Origin: Paraspadella gotoi
Taxonomy: Eukaryota; Animalia; Chaetognatha
NCBI GenBank assembly: GCA_051294375.1
Contig: CM119265.1
Location: 24,673,605-24,737,604, forward strand
Direction: 5' to 3'
Length of the DNA: 64,000 nt
The stretch's first letter is position 1; the number at the start of each line of letters is the position of its first letter. The notes below the pieces were generated by a model. The model ran no database searches. It saw only the letters and a program-made list of their open reading frames with translations, and was not told the DNA's origin. Of this stretch, positions 1 to 13,170 are shown one piece after another. Made by a program: the position numbers and the translations under genes.

Positions 1-3000
1 CATTCTCTCTCTCTCTCTCTCGGTCTCGTCTCTGCCTCTCTCTCTCTCTCTCTCATCTTGTTTTTTTTCAAATCGTTTTGCCAAACTGCGAGACTCCGCA
101 TCCTAAGTTTGTTCCCTTCATTCTTGTCAGAGAGCGGGACATTCTAATAAAAAAAAACAGGGAAGGAATAGAAGAAAAAAGTGAGAGACGCGCTCTTGTA
201 GCTTGACACCTCATTGGCCCACGGTCCGTTGCGCCTGCCGCTCTCCCTGTGCTCCATCGTGCCCCTGGCCCCCCCGCACGACTTCAACAACTGCCGCGCC
301 GCGCCAGTTCCGACCGCTCCTTGGTCAAGCGCTGAGACCCATTTGTCTGATTTTATTCGCTGCTTAAAAATCTAAGATTTGGATTTTTACTTTGCATTTT
401 GCCTTTTTGTTTTTTTCTGCTTTCTGTCTTTTTGAGTCGAGGACGCTCGAGATAAGTCGAGGGTGGGACCAGAGAAGGAAGGAGAGAGAGAGGCGGGCCT
501 GTTCGCTTGGGGGTGTGGGGGGCGAGTGAGTGATGGATAAGGTCGTGGGTTTTGGATTAAGGGGAGATTTTGATTCGTTTCAGTGCGCCACGAATCTTAT
601 CGGGAGGACGTCGGTTTAGTTTTCCCGGTGATCTTTAATTGCGTATTAGCTTGATTGTAGAGGGTTATAATTTTAGGGGCGTTGGTACATTTCGTAAAGT
701 ACGTATTCGATTAAAAGACGGCAGCTATCCTTCGATGTCTTGGTAAATATAGAGTGGCTCACAAAAAAAATGTAGTGGACGGCCATTAAAGAGATAGAGG
801 TACGTAAGTGCGCTGAAAATGAAGAGAGTTCGGGTGGGCTTAAATCGGAGAGAAGGTATGGGGCGTTGAAAAAAGGGAGCGTGCCCCCGGAAATCTGTCA
901 AATCGAGGTCGGCGCTTAGATCGTGCCGGGGAGAAGTTGGAGAGGAAACGTTCGGCCTTTTGTTTCTTTTGACTAATATATTTTCTTTTTAGCTGAATAT
1001 ATTTTGTTTTCAAAGTGAATATGTATATGGCTTAATTTTTTCGCCGTCTTTCACCTCTTGTTAAATTGCTAACAATTCTCATGCACTAGCTCATATTTTT
1101 TTTTTTCGTACGAGCGGAAAAACCTTTCTTTTTTTTTAAATAACTCTATTCAGTGGTCTGGAGGCAAGTTATAAAGGAACATCTTTTTTAAATAATTTTC
1201 GGTTTGCTTCGAAAGGACGGAGTTCATAGCTTAACTGGCAACGACTCGACGTAAATTGTACCCGCTTTGGCATAATATCAATAAATATCGCAGCGCTAGA
1301 GGTAACATTGAACCGATTTTCGTTTTTTTCTTTTATCTTCAAGAAAATGGAATACATGAGAACCGTCGGTGACAGCCCATTCGGTCCAGTGGCGGTCAGT
1401 CTGTCTGTTAATTGTGTCGNNNNNNNNNNNNNNNNNNNNNNNNNAGTCGGTCAGTCTGTCTGTTAATTTGTCGGTCAGTCTTAAATTAGGTCATCGAGAT
1501 AGAATATTTCGGGATAGTAACTTTAAAAAAAAACTAATATATATACGTATTTTATAATTTCAAATTGTCTATTTTGAGATACGTATAATACAAAAAAGGC
1601 GGTACTGCGACTTTTAAAAAAAAAGTAGCTTAAAGCCTAATTCCTTTTTCAATTTCTTTCACTAAATTACGTTTTTCATCTTGTAGTCGTTGTTGTCATC
1701 GTCGTTGTTGTTGTTGTTGTTTGTTCTATGCCTTTTCTTCACCNNNNNNNNNNNNNNNNNNNNNNNNNNNNNNNNNNNNNNNNNNNNNNNNNNNNNNNNN
1801 NNNNNNNNNNNNNNNNNNNNNNNNNNNNNNNNNNNNNNNNNNNNNNNNNNNNNNNNNNNNNNNNNNNNNNNNNNNNNNNNNNNNNNNNNNNNNNNNNNNN
1901 NNNNNNNNNNNNNNNNNNNNNNNNNNNNNNNNNNNNNNNNNNNNNNNNNNNNNNNNNNNNNNNNNNNNNNNNNNNAGAGAGAGAGAGAGAGAGATGTTTG
2001 GGACAGAGTACTCCGAATTCGGCAGACCCCGCCGAGTATCAGGAATGCGGACCTTGAAAGAAAATGGATTTGTCTTCCCTGTTCGACCAACTGCAAGAGA
2101 CTCGAAAATGTGCGTCGTAAAAAAAAAATCAAGGTACATTTTCATTCGTGGCACAGTGCTAGAGTGGCACAGTGGTAAACAGATAGTCAATACCTTTGCA
2201 TTGAAATCTCACGTTAAAAAGATACCGACTAGAGAAGTAGTACTAAAGTTCTAACACGTGAAGTAGCACCGTTTTTGAGCCAAGCCAATGCCACGTCGTG
2301 ATATCTTCATAACAATATTTAATTCAAAATGATGACAATACTACATTTTTTTTACATATTCTCTCCGCAATTATTATTTCCTGGTTCCGCGTGTGAGGAT
2401 TAAATTAATAATTCGTTGTTTTATTTTTAATGAAGAATCTGACGACGTTAATATAAAATTCGTTATATCTTTCAATAAAAGAAAATCATAAAACTTACCC
2501 TTTACTTCTCCCCCCNNNNNNNNNNNNNNNNNNNNNNNNNNNNNNNNNNNNNNNNNNNNNNNNNNNNNNNNNNNNNNNNNNNNNNNNNNNNNNNNNNNNN
2601 NNNNNNNNNNNNNNNNNNNNNNNNNNNNNNNNNNNNNNNNNNNNNNNNNNNNNNNNNNNNNNNNNNNNNNNNNNNNNNNTAAAAAAAAAGGAAAAATTCG
2701 AGGCTCAAAAAGAAAGGATTTATCATCCAAGTTCCACAAATCCCAGAAAATCGGAGTTTTTTTCTTTTTCTTTCTTTCCTTTTTCGCGGGACGGATCGAA
2801 AAAGAGAGAGAGGAGGAAGAGAGGAAAGGGAGGAAATGGAGGGAAGAAGAGAGAGAAGAGGAAGAGAGAGGAATGGGAAGCAAGAAGAGAGAGAGGAGGA
2901 AAAGAGAGGAATGGGAAGGAAGAAGAGAGGAGAGCAAGAGAGAGGGAAAAAGAGAGAGAGGAACGAAAGAGAAGAATGGGAGGGTAAAAGAGAGAGAGGA

Positions 3001-4726
3001 TGAAAAGAAAGGAATTGGAAGGACAAAGAAATAAAGGAGAAAAAGAAAGGAAGGAGATGGATCTTTTTTTTCCCTTTTCATTTCTTTTTACCTTCTACCT
3101 TCTTTTTTCTACTTTTCCTTTTNNNNNNNNNNNNNNNNNNNNNNNNNNNNNNNNNNNNNNNNNNNNNNNNNNNNNNNNNNNNNNNNNNNNNNNNNNNNNN
3201 NNNNNNNNNNNNNNNNNNNNNNNNNNNNNNNNNNNNNNNNNNNNNNNNNNNNNNNNNNNNNNNNNNNNNNNNNNNNNNNNNNNNNNNNNNNNNNNNNNNN
3301 NNNNNNNNNNNNNNNNNNNNNNNNNNNNNNNNNNNNNNNNNNNNNNNNNNNNNNNNNNNNNNNNNNNNNNNNNNNNNNNNNNNNNNNNNNNNNNNNNNNN
3401 NNNNNNNNNNNNNNNNNNNNNNNNNNNNNNNNNNNNNNNNNNNNNNNNNNNNNNNNNNNNNNNNNNNNNNNNNNNNNNNNNNNNNNNNNNNNNNNNNNNN
3501 NNNNNNNNNNNNNNNNNNNNNNNNNNNNNNNNNNNNNNNNNNNNNNNNNNNNNNNNNNNNNNNNNNNNNNNNNNNNNNNNNNNNNNNNNNNNNNNNNNNN
3601 NNNNNNNNNNNNNNNNNNNNNNNNNNNNNNNNNNNNNNNNNNNNNNNNNNNNNNNNNNNNNNNNNNNNNNNNNNNNNNNNNNNNNNNNNNNNNNNNNNNN
3701 NNNNNNNNNNNNNNNNNNNNNNNNNNNNNNNNNNNNNNNNNNNNNNNNNNNNNNNNNNNNNNNNNNNNNNNNNNNNNNNNNNNNNNNNNNNNNNNNNNNN
3801 NNNNNNAAAAAAAAAAAAACTCTGATCTGATATCGCGTGTCTGGACTGACTCAAGTCACGTGTCTGAAAGTCCAACGATGCGTCATTGCCATTTGTAAAT
3901 TTATATTTTCTTAACCCAGAGAGAGATCCCCGTAATATAAGAATTTATTTACAGCAATAATCAAGGNNNNNNNNNNNNNNNNNNNNNNNNNNNNNNNNNN
4001 NNNNNNNNNNNNNNNNNNNNNNNNNNNNNNNNNNNNNNNNNNNNNNNNNNNNNNNNNNNNNNNNNNNNNNNNNNNNNNNNNNNNNNNNNNNNNNNNNNNN
4101 NNNNNNNNNNNNNNNNNNNNAAATTAAAACTAATATAAAGTTTTAAAACAATTATTAAGCAAAAGGAGTTTTTAATGTCAACAACAATTTTATTTTATTT
4201 TATGTATGCTTCATTATTTTTTTATTAAAAATAAAAAAAATATTTATATATATACATATATAGTATAAATTATATGAAATTGGTACAACCAATTAATATG
4301 TGTATATATATATATGAAATTGGTACAACCAATGATTGTTACGCTGGTCATGATTTGATACAACGATCTCCATCAGACCGACGATGGGAGGGATCCGAGT
4401 CATGCCTCACCCATTTCACGCGAAAAGAATTTGATAGAATATAAAAATATATTGATTATTTTTAATGTTTAAAAAGTTGCGCAAGAGAAAGGTTTGTACC
4501 TTTTAACGCCATTGGTAGTTTAATTTTAATCTTTTTTTTAATGTCGCTTTTAACTTTTTAACATTAAAATTAAAATCATTAATTTTATCTATTGTTTTTA
4601 TTTCCGTTTATCGTCGCCAATTTGTTGATAAATACACTCACCAACCAGTTCCAAAATCCTAACGTCCTTTGATAAAGACTAGTCAGCCAAAGAAAAGTAA
4701 AACTGATCAAGAGAAGAACAAACAGT

Positions 4727-5710
4727 AGAGCATTGAAAAATAACAAAATATAATAAATCAAGTGAGGTACATAGCTATTTTAGTATAATTTAGTCTGTAG
4801 AATTCGATGGTAATGACCATTTTTTTGTATAATTTTATCTTTCTTGTTGGAAATGATGGTTTTTAATGTTTATAAAATTGTTATAAAATAGAAAAACCAT
4901 TATAAGTTATGATAAATCAAATTATTTAAATTTTATAAAATTTATATGAGCTTTTGAAATATAAAAATAAAGACTTATAGAAATATTTTGGTAAGTTTAT
5001 TTCTAAATTGTATGTTTTATAAAAAGTTAGTTAACTATATTTATTAATAATTATGAGTAAAAATTGGGCTAAAGTTAAAAAATAATAATTTTACAATTTT
5101 TTTCATGGATTTGCATTCTTTGCAAAAAATTTATATAAAAAATATAATTTTTATACCAAAATTATGTTATTAAGTTGGACAAAATTTAAAAAAACTATAA
5201 TTTTAAGCTAAAAATTGAAAAATTAAACAAAAATAATAATTTTTAATATTTTTAACCTACTTAATGAAAGAATTTTTTTAAAATGGATTATACTTTCTTA
5301 TATCAACTTTTTGTAAGGAATTCAAATCCGGTTTTAAAATTAGAAAATTTTCATTTTTTTACTTTAGCTTATTTTTTATTATTATTTATTAATAAATATA
5401 GCTAACAAACTATTAATAAAATATAAAATTTGTAAATAAACTTACCAAAATATTTATATTGGTTTTTATTTTCATATTATGTAAGTTAAATATGGCTTTT
5501 ATAAAATCTTAATAATTTGAGTTACTTATACTCTACAATGTTTGCTCTATTTTAATAGCACCTTATATGCTGCAAAAATCGCCATTTCCGACAAAGAAGA
5601 TGAGACTATAAAAAAAATGGTTATCATCATCGAATTCTACAGACTTTATTACACTAAAATAGCTATGTACCTCACTTGATTTGTTATATTTCATTATTTT
5701 TCAACGCCTT
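4727..5710. mobile_element. Non-autonomous fold-back DNA transposon, Mutator (MULE)-like, with long imperfect TIRs and 10 bp TSD
   Basis: Left end AGAGCATTGAAAAATAACAAAATATAATAAATCAAGTGAGGTACATAGCTATTTTAGT matches the reverse complement of the right end (ACTAAAATAGCTATGTACCTCACTTGATTTGTTATATTTCATTATTTTTCAACGCCTT). Arms run about 4727-5100 and 5345-5710. Identical direct repeat AACAAACAGT at 4717-4726 and 5711-5720. No ORF. Long TIRs with a 9-10 bp TSD are typical of MULEs. Confidence 0.85.
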
Positions 5711-5912
5711 AACAAACAGTGAGTACTAAAAAAAATTTATCTATTAATTAATAAACAATTTTCTAAAAAATGCCTTTAAGAAGCATGCGAGGACGCATGT
5801 TGAAAAAAAAGGGGATCGCCTGCCAAAAAACTCCGCCGCCGGTTCGACGCCGAGTTCCCTTCAGCCACCAAACCGTCGCAAAAATACAATAAATGCGAAA
5901 ATAATTGGGATA

Positions 5913-6192
5913 CGGTGTCGCATTTCCAGTTGCTGGCGCAGTTGGACTTGCAATGCCACCGGGAATCGGGTTTCCTGTTGGGCCCGCTTAGGAATGAGAG
6001 ATTGGGTTTCCAATCGCTTCATTGGGGTTGCAATTGCACTGGGAATTCAATTTCTAGCAGTTGGATCAGTTGGGCTAGCAATGCCAGAGGAGTTAAAGTT
6101 TTCTATTGATTTTTCCCTTGAATTTGCAATGGATTCCAAAAGCTTGCGCCGTTGGCACATTGGGCTTGCAATGGCATCGAGGATTTATTTTT
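5913..6192. repeat. Degenerate ~48 bp tandem repeat, possibly a decayed coding repeat
   Basis: Recurring GTTGG(A/G)CT(T/A)GCAATG(C/G)CA-like units. The plus frame reads VGLAMPPGIGFP / IGVAIALGIQFL / VGLAMPEELKFS / IGLAMASRIYF. The minus frame reads GNPIPGGIASPTAPATGN / SSGIASPTDPTARN. Stops and frameshifts are present. Confidence 0.5.
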
Positions 6193-7485
6193 TTAAAGCT
6201 TGAGATGGAACTTTTATCTTGATCATGGCGTTTCTATTACTGATTATAAGATTTCGTTATTTTTCGAATCTAGTTTTTGAAAGAAAGATCTATTGCGCGA
6301 ATCAGCATTTGTAAACACCTTGTCTCATATATTTTAAGTTTTTAAACCTTAAATAATAATAATAAGGTTACTAAGAACACAGATTGTACGGTAATGTTTA
6401 TCGAAATTTTTGTTATGTTCTAATCTTGAGAAGTATTCCTGAGACCATCGTATCATTGGTATCAAAAAATTCCTTTGTTTACATCATATAAGTTGATAAC
6501 CTCTGAGCGAGCGTTCACCTCTTCCTCATTTCTAATCTCCTCCCGACCCCAATCACCACCCTCACCCAATCACCACCCTNNNNNNNNNNNNNNNNNNNNN
6601 NNNNNNNNNNNNNNNNNNNNNNNNNNNNNNNNNNNNNNNNNNNNNNNNNNNNNNNNNNNNNNNNNNNNNNNNNNNNNNNNNNNNNNNNNNNNNNNNNNNN
6701 NNNNNNNNNNNNNNNNNNNNNNNNNNNNNNNNNNNNNNNNNNNNNNNNNNNNNNNNNNNNNNNNNNNNNNNNNNNNNNNNNNNNNNNNNNNNNNNNNNNN
6801 NNNNNNNNNNNNNNNNNNNNNNNNNNNNNNNNNNNNNNNNNNNNNNNNNNNNNNNNNNNNNNNNCCCTGCCTACTCTTCCTTCCGATGATCTCGTCACGA
6901 ACTCACTCTTCCTCCAGAAGTGAGTATCAGGTTTTCTATTATCGAAAACCTCACTTTTCTTTTTTCACGCTTCGCATCGGCTTTTCTCTCTCTCTCTCTC
7001 TCTCTCTATTTTATAATATTAAATATAGATTTTTGTAAATTGTCTTAGAGGACCCACACTTAAATGAAATTATATTGTGTGTACAAAGAAACAATAATTT
7101 AGTGGATTATTGGGCTTATATGATCAACTCGTCTTGGAGACGAAGGAATCAAATCTGCCAATTTCAAAATTTAAGAAAGACAAAGGCCAGTATTTTAATT
7201 TTTTTTGATTTATATAAGGATCAGTACGTAGTATACGTAAATATAAGACCACTTGCCGAAAATTAAAAAACATTAAAATTAATTTATTTTTTAATAAATT
7301 AGATGGTTCACTATGGTATGTTGTTCAATAATTGACCTTAGAATTTATTCGTACGTAACTTTCACTAACGCCTTATTGGCCAGGAGACAAGATGCCACCA
7401 GCCAGATGACCAGCTATTGCGGCTTCCTTCCCGCCGAGGAATTTTTACCCTTAACCTCCCTCCCTGTCTACTTACTGTTAAATGT

Positions 7486-10436
7486 TAGCTTATTTTCTAT
7501 TAATTATTTATTAATAAAAATATAGTAACAAAACTATTATAAATTTATAAAATTTGTAAATAAACTTACCAAAATATTTAATATTGGTCTTTCAATTTTA
7601 CATATTATGTAACGTTAAATATAGGCTATTTATTAAAAATCTTAAACTAATTTGAGTTACTTTTACTCTAACAATGTTTGATCTATTTTAATAGGCACCC
7701 TTATATGCTGCAAAATCGGCCATTTCCGACAAAGACAGATGAGACTATAAAAAAGAATGCGTTATCATCAATCGAATTCTACAGACCCTTTTATATGACA
7801 CCTAAAATAGCCTATCTGTAACCATCACCGTTGACATTTGTTAATATTCGTTATTTTTGGTCCGAACGCCTGTAAAAGCAGAAAAGAATCTCAGGCGTGT
7901 CGTGGAAAGTACTAAAACAACATTTTTAATTAAAGAGAAATAAAAAGCTTTTGGAGAGGGGTAACTAACTAACTGAACCCATTGGACCCTTAATTCTCTG
8001 ATTAATTAATAAAGACACAACTTTCAAAAAGACATGCCTTTATGCAAGCATGCGACGGGAACAGGGCGATGGTGTGGAACAACAAAAAAAGGGGATCGGG
8101 CGCATGCGGAGACTGACAGAACATCAGCAACCAAAGGAATCCCGATTGGTCGAGCGGTGAGAAGGGGAAGAGATTGCGGGAAGGGCGGAAAGAGGGGAGG
8201 GAATTTGGGGAAGCGTGATTGCCTGATTGGGTGAGCCGAGCTCTGTGAGCGATGGTCCAAAAAAACTCCAGCCTCCGGCTTCGAGCGGCCCGGAGTATCA
8301 CCCTTCAAGCCACCGAAACCGTCGCAAAAAGAAAACAAAAAAGAAAAAATACAATAAATGCCGAAAAAATCATTGGGATGACGGCTGTCGCATCGTTCCA
8401 GTCGCTGGCGCAGTATGGACTTGCAATGCCACGGGAATCGGGGGTGTTCTGTACGAGCGGTGGCCAGGCCCCCGCTTAGGAGCGGGAATGCAGAGAGCAT
8501 TCAGGGTTTACGCAGATCGCTTCATTGGGGTTGCAATCTGCACTGGGAAATTCCAAATTTCTAGCAGTGAATTGCGATCGAGTATGGAGACTAGCAAATA
8601 GCCAGCAGGACGGTTGAAGTTTTCTATTGATTTTCCCTTGAATCTTGAAATGGCATACTCCAAAATGCTTGCCGCCCTTGGCACATTGCGGCTTGCCGAA
8701 CTTGGCTCGAGGATTATTATTTTTAAAGCTTTGAGATCGGAACTTTTATCTTGATCATGGCGTTTTATCTATACTGATTATAAGATTTCGTTATTTTTTC
8801 GAAGTCATAGTTTTCTGAAAGAGAAGTAAAAAAAAAAAACAAGATCTATTGCGCGAATCGAGCATTTGTAAACACCTTGTCTCATATATTGTAAGTTATT
8901 AAATCTTAAATTATAAAAATAAGCAGTTACCCCTGAAGCAACACAGATTGATACGGGTACATGTTTATTCGAAAGTTTTTTTATGCTTCTAATCTTGAGA
9001 AGTATTCCTAGAGACCAATCGTATCATTAGGTATCATAACAAATTCCTTTGCGTTATACATCATATAAGTTGATAACACTCTTCGAGCTGAGCGGTTGCA
9101 GAAGACCGATTTCAGATTCCATCATGTTTACTGAGATATAAGAGTCCTCCCATGACGTCCGGCCACGTAGGCATCACGAAATGCGCCACAAGCAACGGTG
9201 GTGCACTGCTGAACGGCCTTCCCTCAGAGGTTACTCAAGCTATCCATATAGTAAAACAAAAGGGAATTTTGATAACCCAATTGAACTACGATGGTATAGA
9301 CACATCAACTTTCTAAGATATAACAAGAACATAATTATGGATAAGCAAACTGTAAGAACAAGTAAAACGAACAATAAAACGAGACAAATCAAGACGAAGA
9401 AAATAAGAGAAACGAAACAACGAGCCGAGAGAGAGAGTGCGGCGACAAACCAGCACCAAAAAAACAAGCATCACCAATCACACTATCCCCCAAATCGAGC
9501 CTCCCCTTACCCCTTCCCCACAAATCCCTTCCCCCTCGAGTATCCCCCATTCCCCCAAAATCCCTCCACCCTTCCCCTCCCCCAATCGCCTTCCCCCCAC
9601 TCCTAATCCCCCACCTACCTTTCCCCCTTCCCCCCTAACCCCTCCCGCTTCCCCAAAATTCCCCTACCCCCTCAACATCCCCAAATCCGTTCCCCCAAAA
9701 TCCCTTCCCCATTCCCCCAAATCCCTCCCGCCTTTCCCCTACTCCCCCAAATCCCTCCCCCTGATTCCCCCAAAATCCTACGCTCCACCCTAACCTCCCC
9801 CAAAATCCCTTCCCCCTTCCCCCAAATCACTCCCCCTTCCCCCTACATCCCCCAAATCCCTTCCCCCTATCCCCAAATCACCTCCCCCTTCCCCATCCCC
9901 CGACATCCCTACCCCCCCACTCCCTTGCCCCCACCCCATCCTTTACCGCCCTTTCACCCTCCTACCCCTCCCCTTCCCCAAAATCCCTCCCCTTCCCCCA
10001 AAACCTTACCCCCTTCCGCCCCAAATCCATCTCCCCCTTTCCCCAAATTCCCCTCCCCCTTCCCCCTGTCCCCAAATCCCTCCCCCTTCCCCCAATCACC
10101 ACCCTCACCCAATCACCACCCTCACCCATCCGAGCAACCTCCCCCAATCACCAACCCCTCACCCAATCACCACCCTCACCCAAATCCACCAACCAATCAC
10201 CCAATCACCACCCTCACCCTATCACCACCCTCACCCAATCAAACACACCCTCACCCTATCAGCAATCCTATTCCACCCAATTCACCACCAACTCACAAAT
10301 CACCACCCTAGCCACTACTCTTCCTTCGCCTATGATCTCCGGTCACGCACTCACTACTTCCTCCCAGACAGTGAGTATCAGGTATTATTCTATTATCGAA
10401 AACCTCACTTTTCTTTTTTCACGCTTCGCAATCGCG

Positions 10437-10450
<14 letters not shown>
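7486..10450 (+). other. Indel-rich direct re-copy of 5366-7005 (probably an uncorrected long read)
   Basis: Colinear with 5366-6512 (at 7486-9090) and with 6865-7005 (at 10310-10450). Differences are mostly single-base insertions. A 25-N gap follows at 10772-10796. Confidence 0.85.
9480..10310 (+). repeat. C-rich minisatellite (CCCCAAATCCCTT-like units, then 17 bp CCCAATCACCACCCTCA)
   Basis: Visible tandem units. The 17-mer also abuts the gap at 6549-6579. Confidence 0.8.
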
Positions 10451-10483
<33 letters not shown>

Positions 10484-11279
10484 TTGCTCTTCTCTCTCTC
10501 TTCCTTCTTCACTCTCTTCTCCCTTTACTCTATCTTTCTCTCTCTCTCTCTCTCTCCTCTCTCTCTCGTCTTCTCTCTCCTTCTCTGACTCTGTCTACTC
10601 TTCTTGCTTTATTCGATTACTTCATCCTCTCCTTGAATTCGTTATTCCGTTTTCACCAGCTCCAGTGAACAGCGTAGGTACGCGAGACGCCAGTTTCAGC
10701 ACATTACATTCTCTCTCTCTCTCTCTCTCTCTCATCTCTCTCTCTACTCTCTCTCTCTCTCTCTCTCTATCNNNNNNNNNNNNNNNNNNNNNNNNNACTC
10801 TTCCACACACAGACACCACGCAGTCGACGCAGAGAGAGAGAGACAGAATCCTCAATGATGATAAATGAAGACTTTTAAACTCATATTTAAAAATAATAAA
10901 AATGGATAAATAAATATTTTTAAAGCTTTTCTTAGTGTTTTATTACTCTTATTATTTTGATTTTACATTTGGGATTTTGAATTTCTCAGTTTTCACCTTT
11001 TTTTATCCCAATTAACATTCGAATCTTTTCAAATTTTTACCTTTTTGTCTAACTTTTTATCCTATCTCCCATTTCCCATTTCCTATTTTCCCATCTTCCT
11101 CTTCCCATCTCCTATTTTCCCATCTCTCTTTCACATCTCCTATTTTCCCATCTCTCTTTCACATCTCGTCTCCTCTCTTCTCTTTCTCATCTTTCAGCCA
11201 ATTTTTCCCCATTTGGTCGACCTTCCCATCTCTCACCTCGCTTCCCGAATCACGTGACCTCAATGACGTATTTCTCTCC

Positions 11280-11645
11280 TTCTTTCTTCTTTCCTCCTTT
11301 TTTCTTCTTTCTTCTTGTTTTCCTCTTCCCTCCTTTTTTTCTTTAATCCTTTTTTCTTCTTTCCTCCCTTTTTCTTCTTTTCTCCCTTTTTGTTCTTGCC
11401 TCCTTTTTTCTTCTTTCCTCCCTTTTTCTTCTTTCCTTCCTCTCTCTTCTTTCTTCCCTTTTTGTTCTTTCCTCCTTTCTTCTTCTTTCCTTCCTTTTTC
11501 TTCTTTCCTACCTCTTTCTTCTTTCGTCCTTTTTTCTCCTTTCCTCCTTTTTTTCTTTTTTCCTCCCTTTTTCTTCTTTTCTTTCTTTTTCCTCCTTCCT
11601 CCTTTTTTCTTCTTTCCTCCTTTTTTCTTCTTTCCTTCCTTTTTC
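11280..11645 (+). repeat. 18 bp pyrimidine minisatellite (TTTTTCTTCTTTCCTCCC-like)
   Basis: Tandem units, which appear as a 6-residue periodicity (KEEKGR) in the spurious ORF. Confidence 0.85.
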
Positions 11646-11982
11646 TCTCCATAATATATTTTTGATTTTCTTCTCTCTTCCAATTATTTGTTTCACTTTC
11701 TTAATTAGACAAAAAGTTTTATTAAATATCTGAAAAAAAAACTACGATATTAAACTGTCCAAAGTCGGGGGCAATTCAGCTTATTTATTAAATTAATGGA
11801 TAATTTTTTTATTGGATGTACCAATTTCGTAAGGTTAAATAATTTTGATTCTCATTTTCCCCCCACCTTTCCTTCTTGATGTATTTCTCTCCTCATTTCT
11901 TTTTTTCTCCCTTTCCTTTCTTCTCATTCTCTCTCTCTCTCTCTCTCTCNNNNNNNNNNNNNNNNNNNNNNNNNCGAGAGAG

Positions 11983-12501
11983 TTTCCTCGCCGTCAGCCT
12001 CCTTAAAATTCAGTCCAACGCCGAAAGCGAAGAGAATGAAAACCTTGCGTCCGAGAAAAAAAAAGGAAATGAAACTGAAAAAAAGAAAAGGAATGGGGAA
12101 AAAAGAAAGGAAAAAAGTAAGGAGGTGATATGATAAAGGAAGAGAAGAAAAAAAGGTAAAAAGGAGGCGAAAAGGAAAATAAAGAAGAATTCCGCCCTGT
12201 CGGACGCGAAGGCCGTGCAGAAGATTCTACGAGAGAGAGAGAGAGTAGCCTCTCTCTCTCTCTCTCTCCTAGAATCTTCTGACGGCTTCGCGTCCGACAG
12301 GAATTCTTCTTTTTTTCCTTTTCGCCTCCTTTTTACCTTTTTTTCTTCTCTTCCTTATCTATCCCTCCTTATTTTTTTTCCTTTCTTTTTCCCCATTTTC
12401 TTTCTTTTTTTTCATTTCATTTCCTTTTTTTTTCTCGGACGCAGGTTTTCATCTCTTCGCTTCGCGTGGACTGAATTTTAAGGAGGCTGACGGCGAGGAA
12501 A
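11983..12501. repeat. Fold-back inverted duplication (~260 bp arms) centred on a (GA)n/(CT)n junction
   Basis: 11983-12245 is the reverse complement of 12250-12501. The left arm carries extra bases and starts right after a 25-N gap. Confidence 0.9.
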
Positions 12502-13138
12502 GAAAATGGNNNNNNNNNNNNNNNNNNNNNNNNNNNNNNNNNNNNNNNNNNNNNNNNNNNNNNNNNNNNNNNNNNNNNNNNNNNNNNNNNNNNNNNNNNN
12601 NNNNNNNNNNNNNNNNNNNNNNNNNNNNNNNNNNNNNNNNNNNNNNNNNNNNNNNNNNNNNNNNNNNNNNNNNNNNNNNNNNNNNNNNNNNNNNNNNNNN
12701 NNNNNNNNNNNNNNNNNNNNNNNNNNNNNNNNNNNNNNNNNNNNNNNNNNNNNNGAGAAAGAGAGAGAGACCGACTTTGAGCTAGAAAAACGATACGAAT
12801 TTAAAAAAATGGTATAGAGCTCGAAAGAAAATCGCATTAAGAACGAATAAAGGCTCCCGAAATTGTTCAATCAACCATTACGTGTTTATTAACATAAAAC
12901 ATAATCGATTGAATAACTATAAAACACGCCAACACGTTTTCGCTCTTAATTGTTTATCGATATTGGATATTCGTTGCTCTTTTATTTTTCTTTTCTCGCT
13001 CCGCTGTTCTTCCTTTTATGAACATTGAACAATGATTTATCGATTGTTATTACACAATATTCGTGATTTTTTTTTTTACTGAATTCTTTTTAATTTTCGG
13101 TTTTGTTTACGACCTTCGTTTCACAGACTTTGTCTCCG

Positions 13139-13170
<32 letters not shown>

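Noticed and set aside
190-340. GC-rich patch as a coding exon
   Set aside because: Only short frames, no recognisable peptide and no clear splice pair.
2152-2176. Two CACAGTG heptamers (RSS/Transib-like end)
   Set aside because: No nonamer at 12/23 spacing and no partner inverted end is visible.
9437-10311. Extensin-like proline-rich ORFs
   Set aside because: Products of a C-rich minisatellite in an error-rich copy.
12230-12270. SMRTbell adapter remnant at the palindrome centre
   Set aside because: Only GA/CT repeats are present. The adapter's internal CCTCCTCCTCCGTTGTTGTTG loop is absent.
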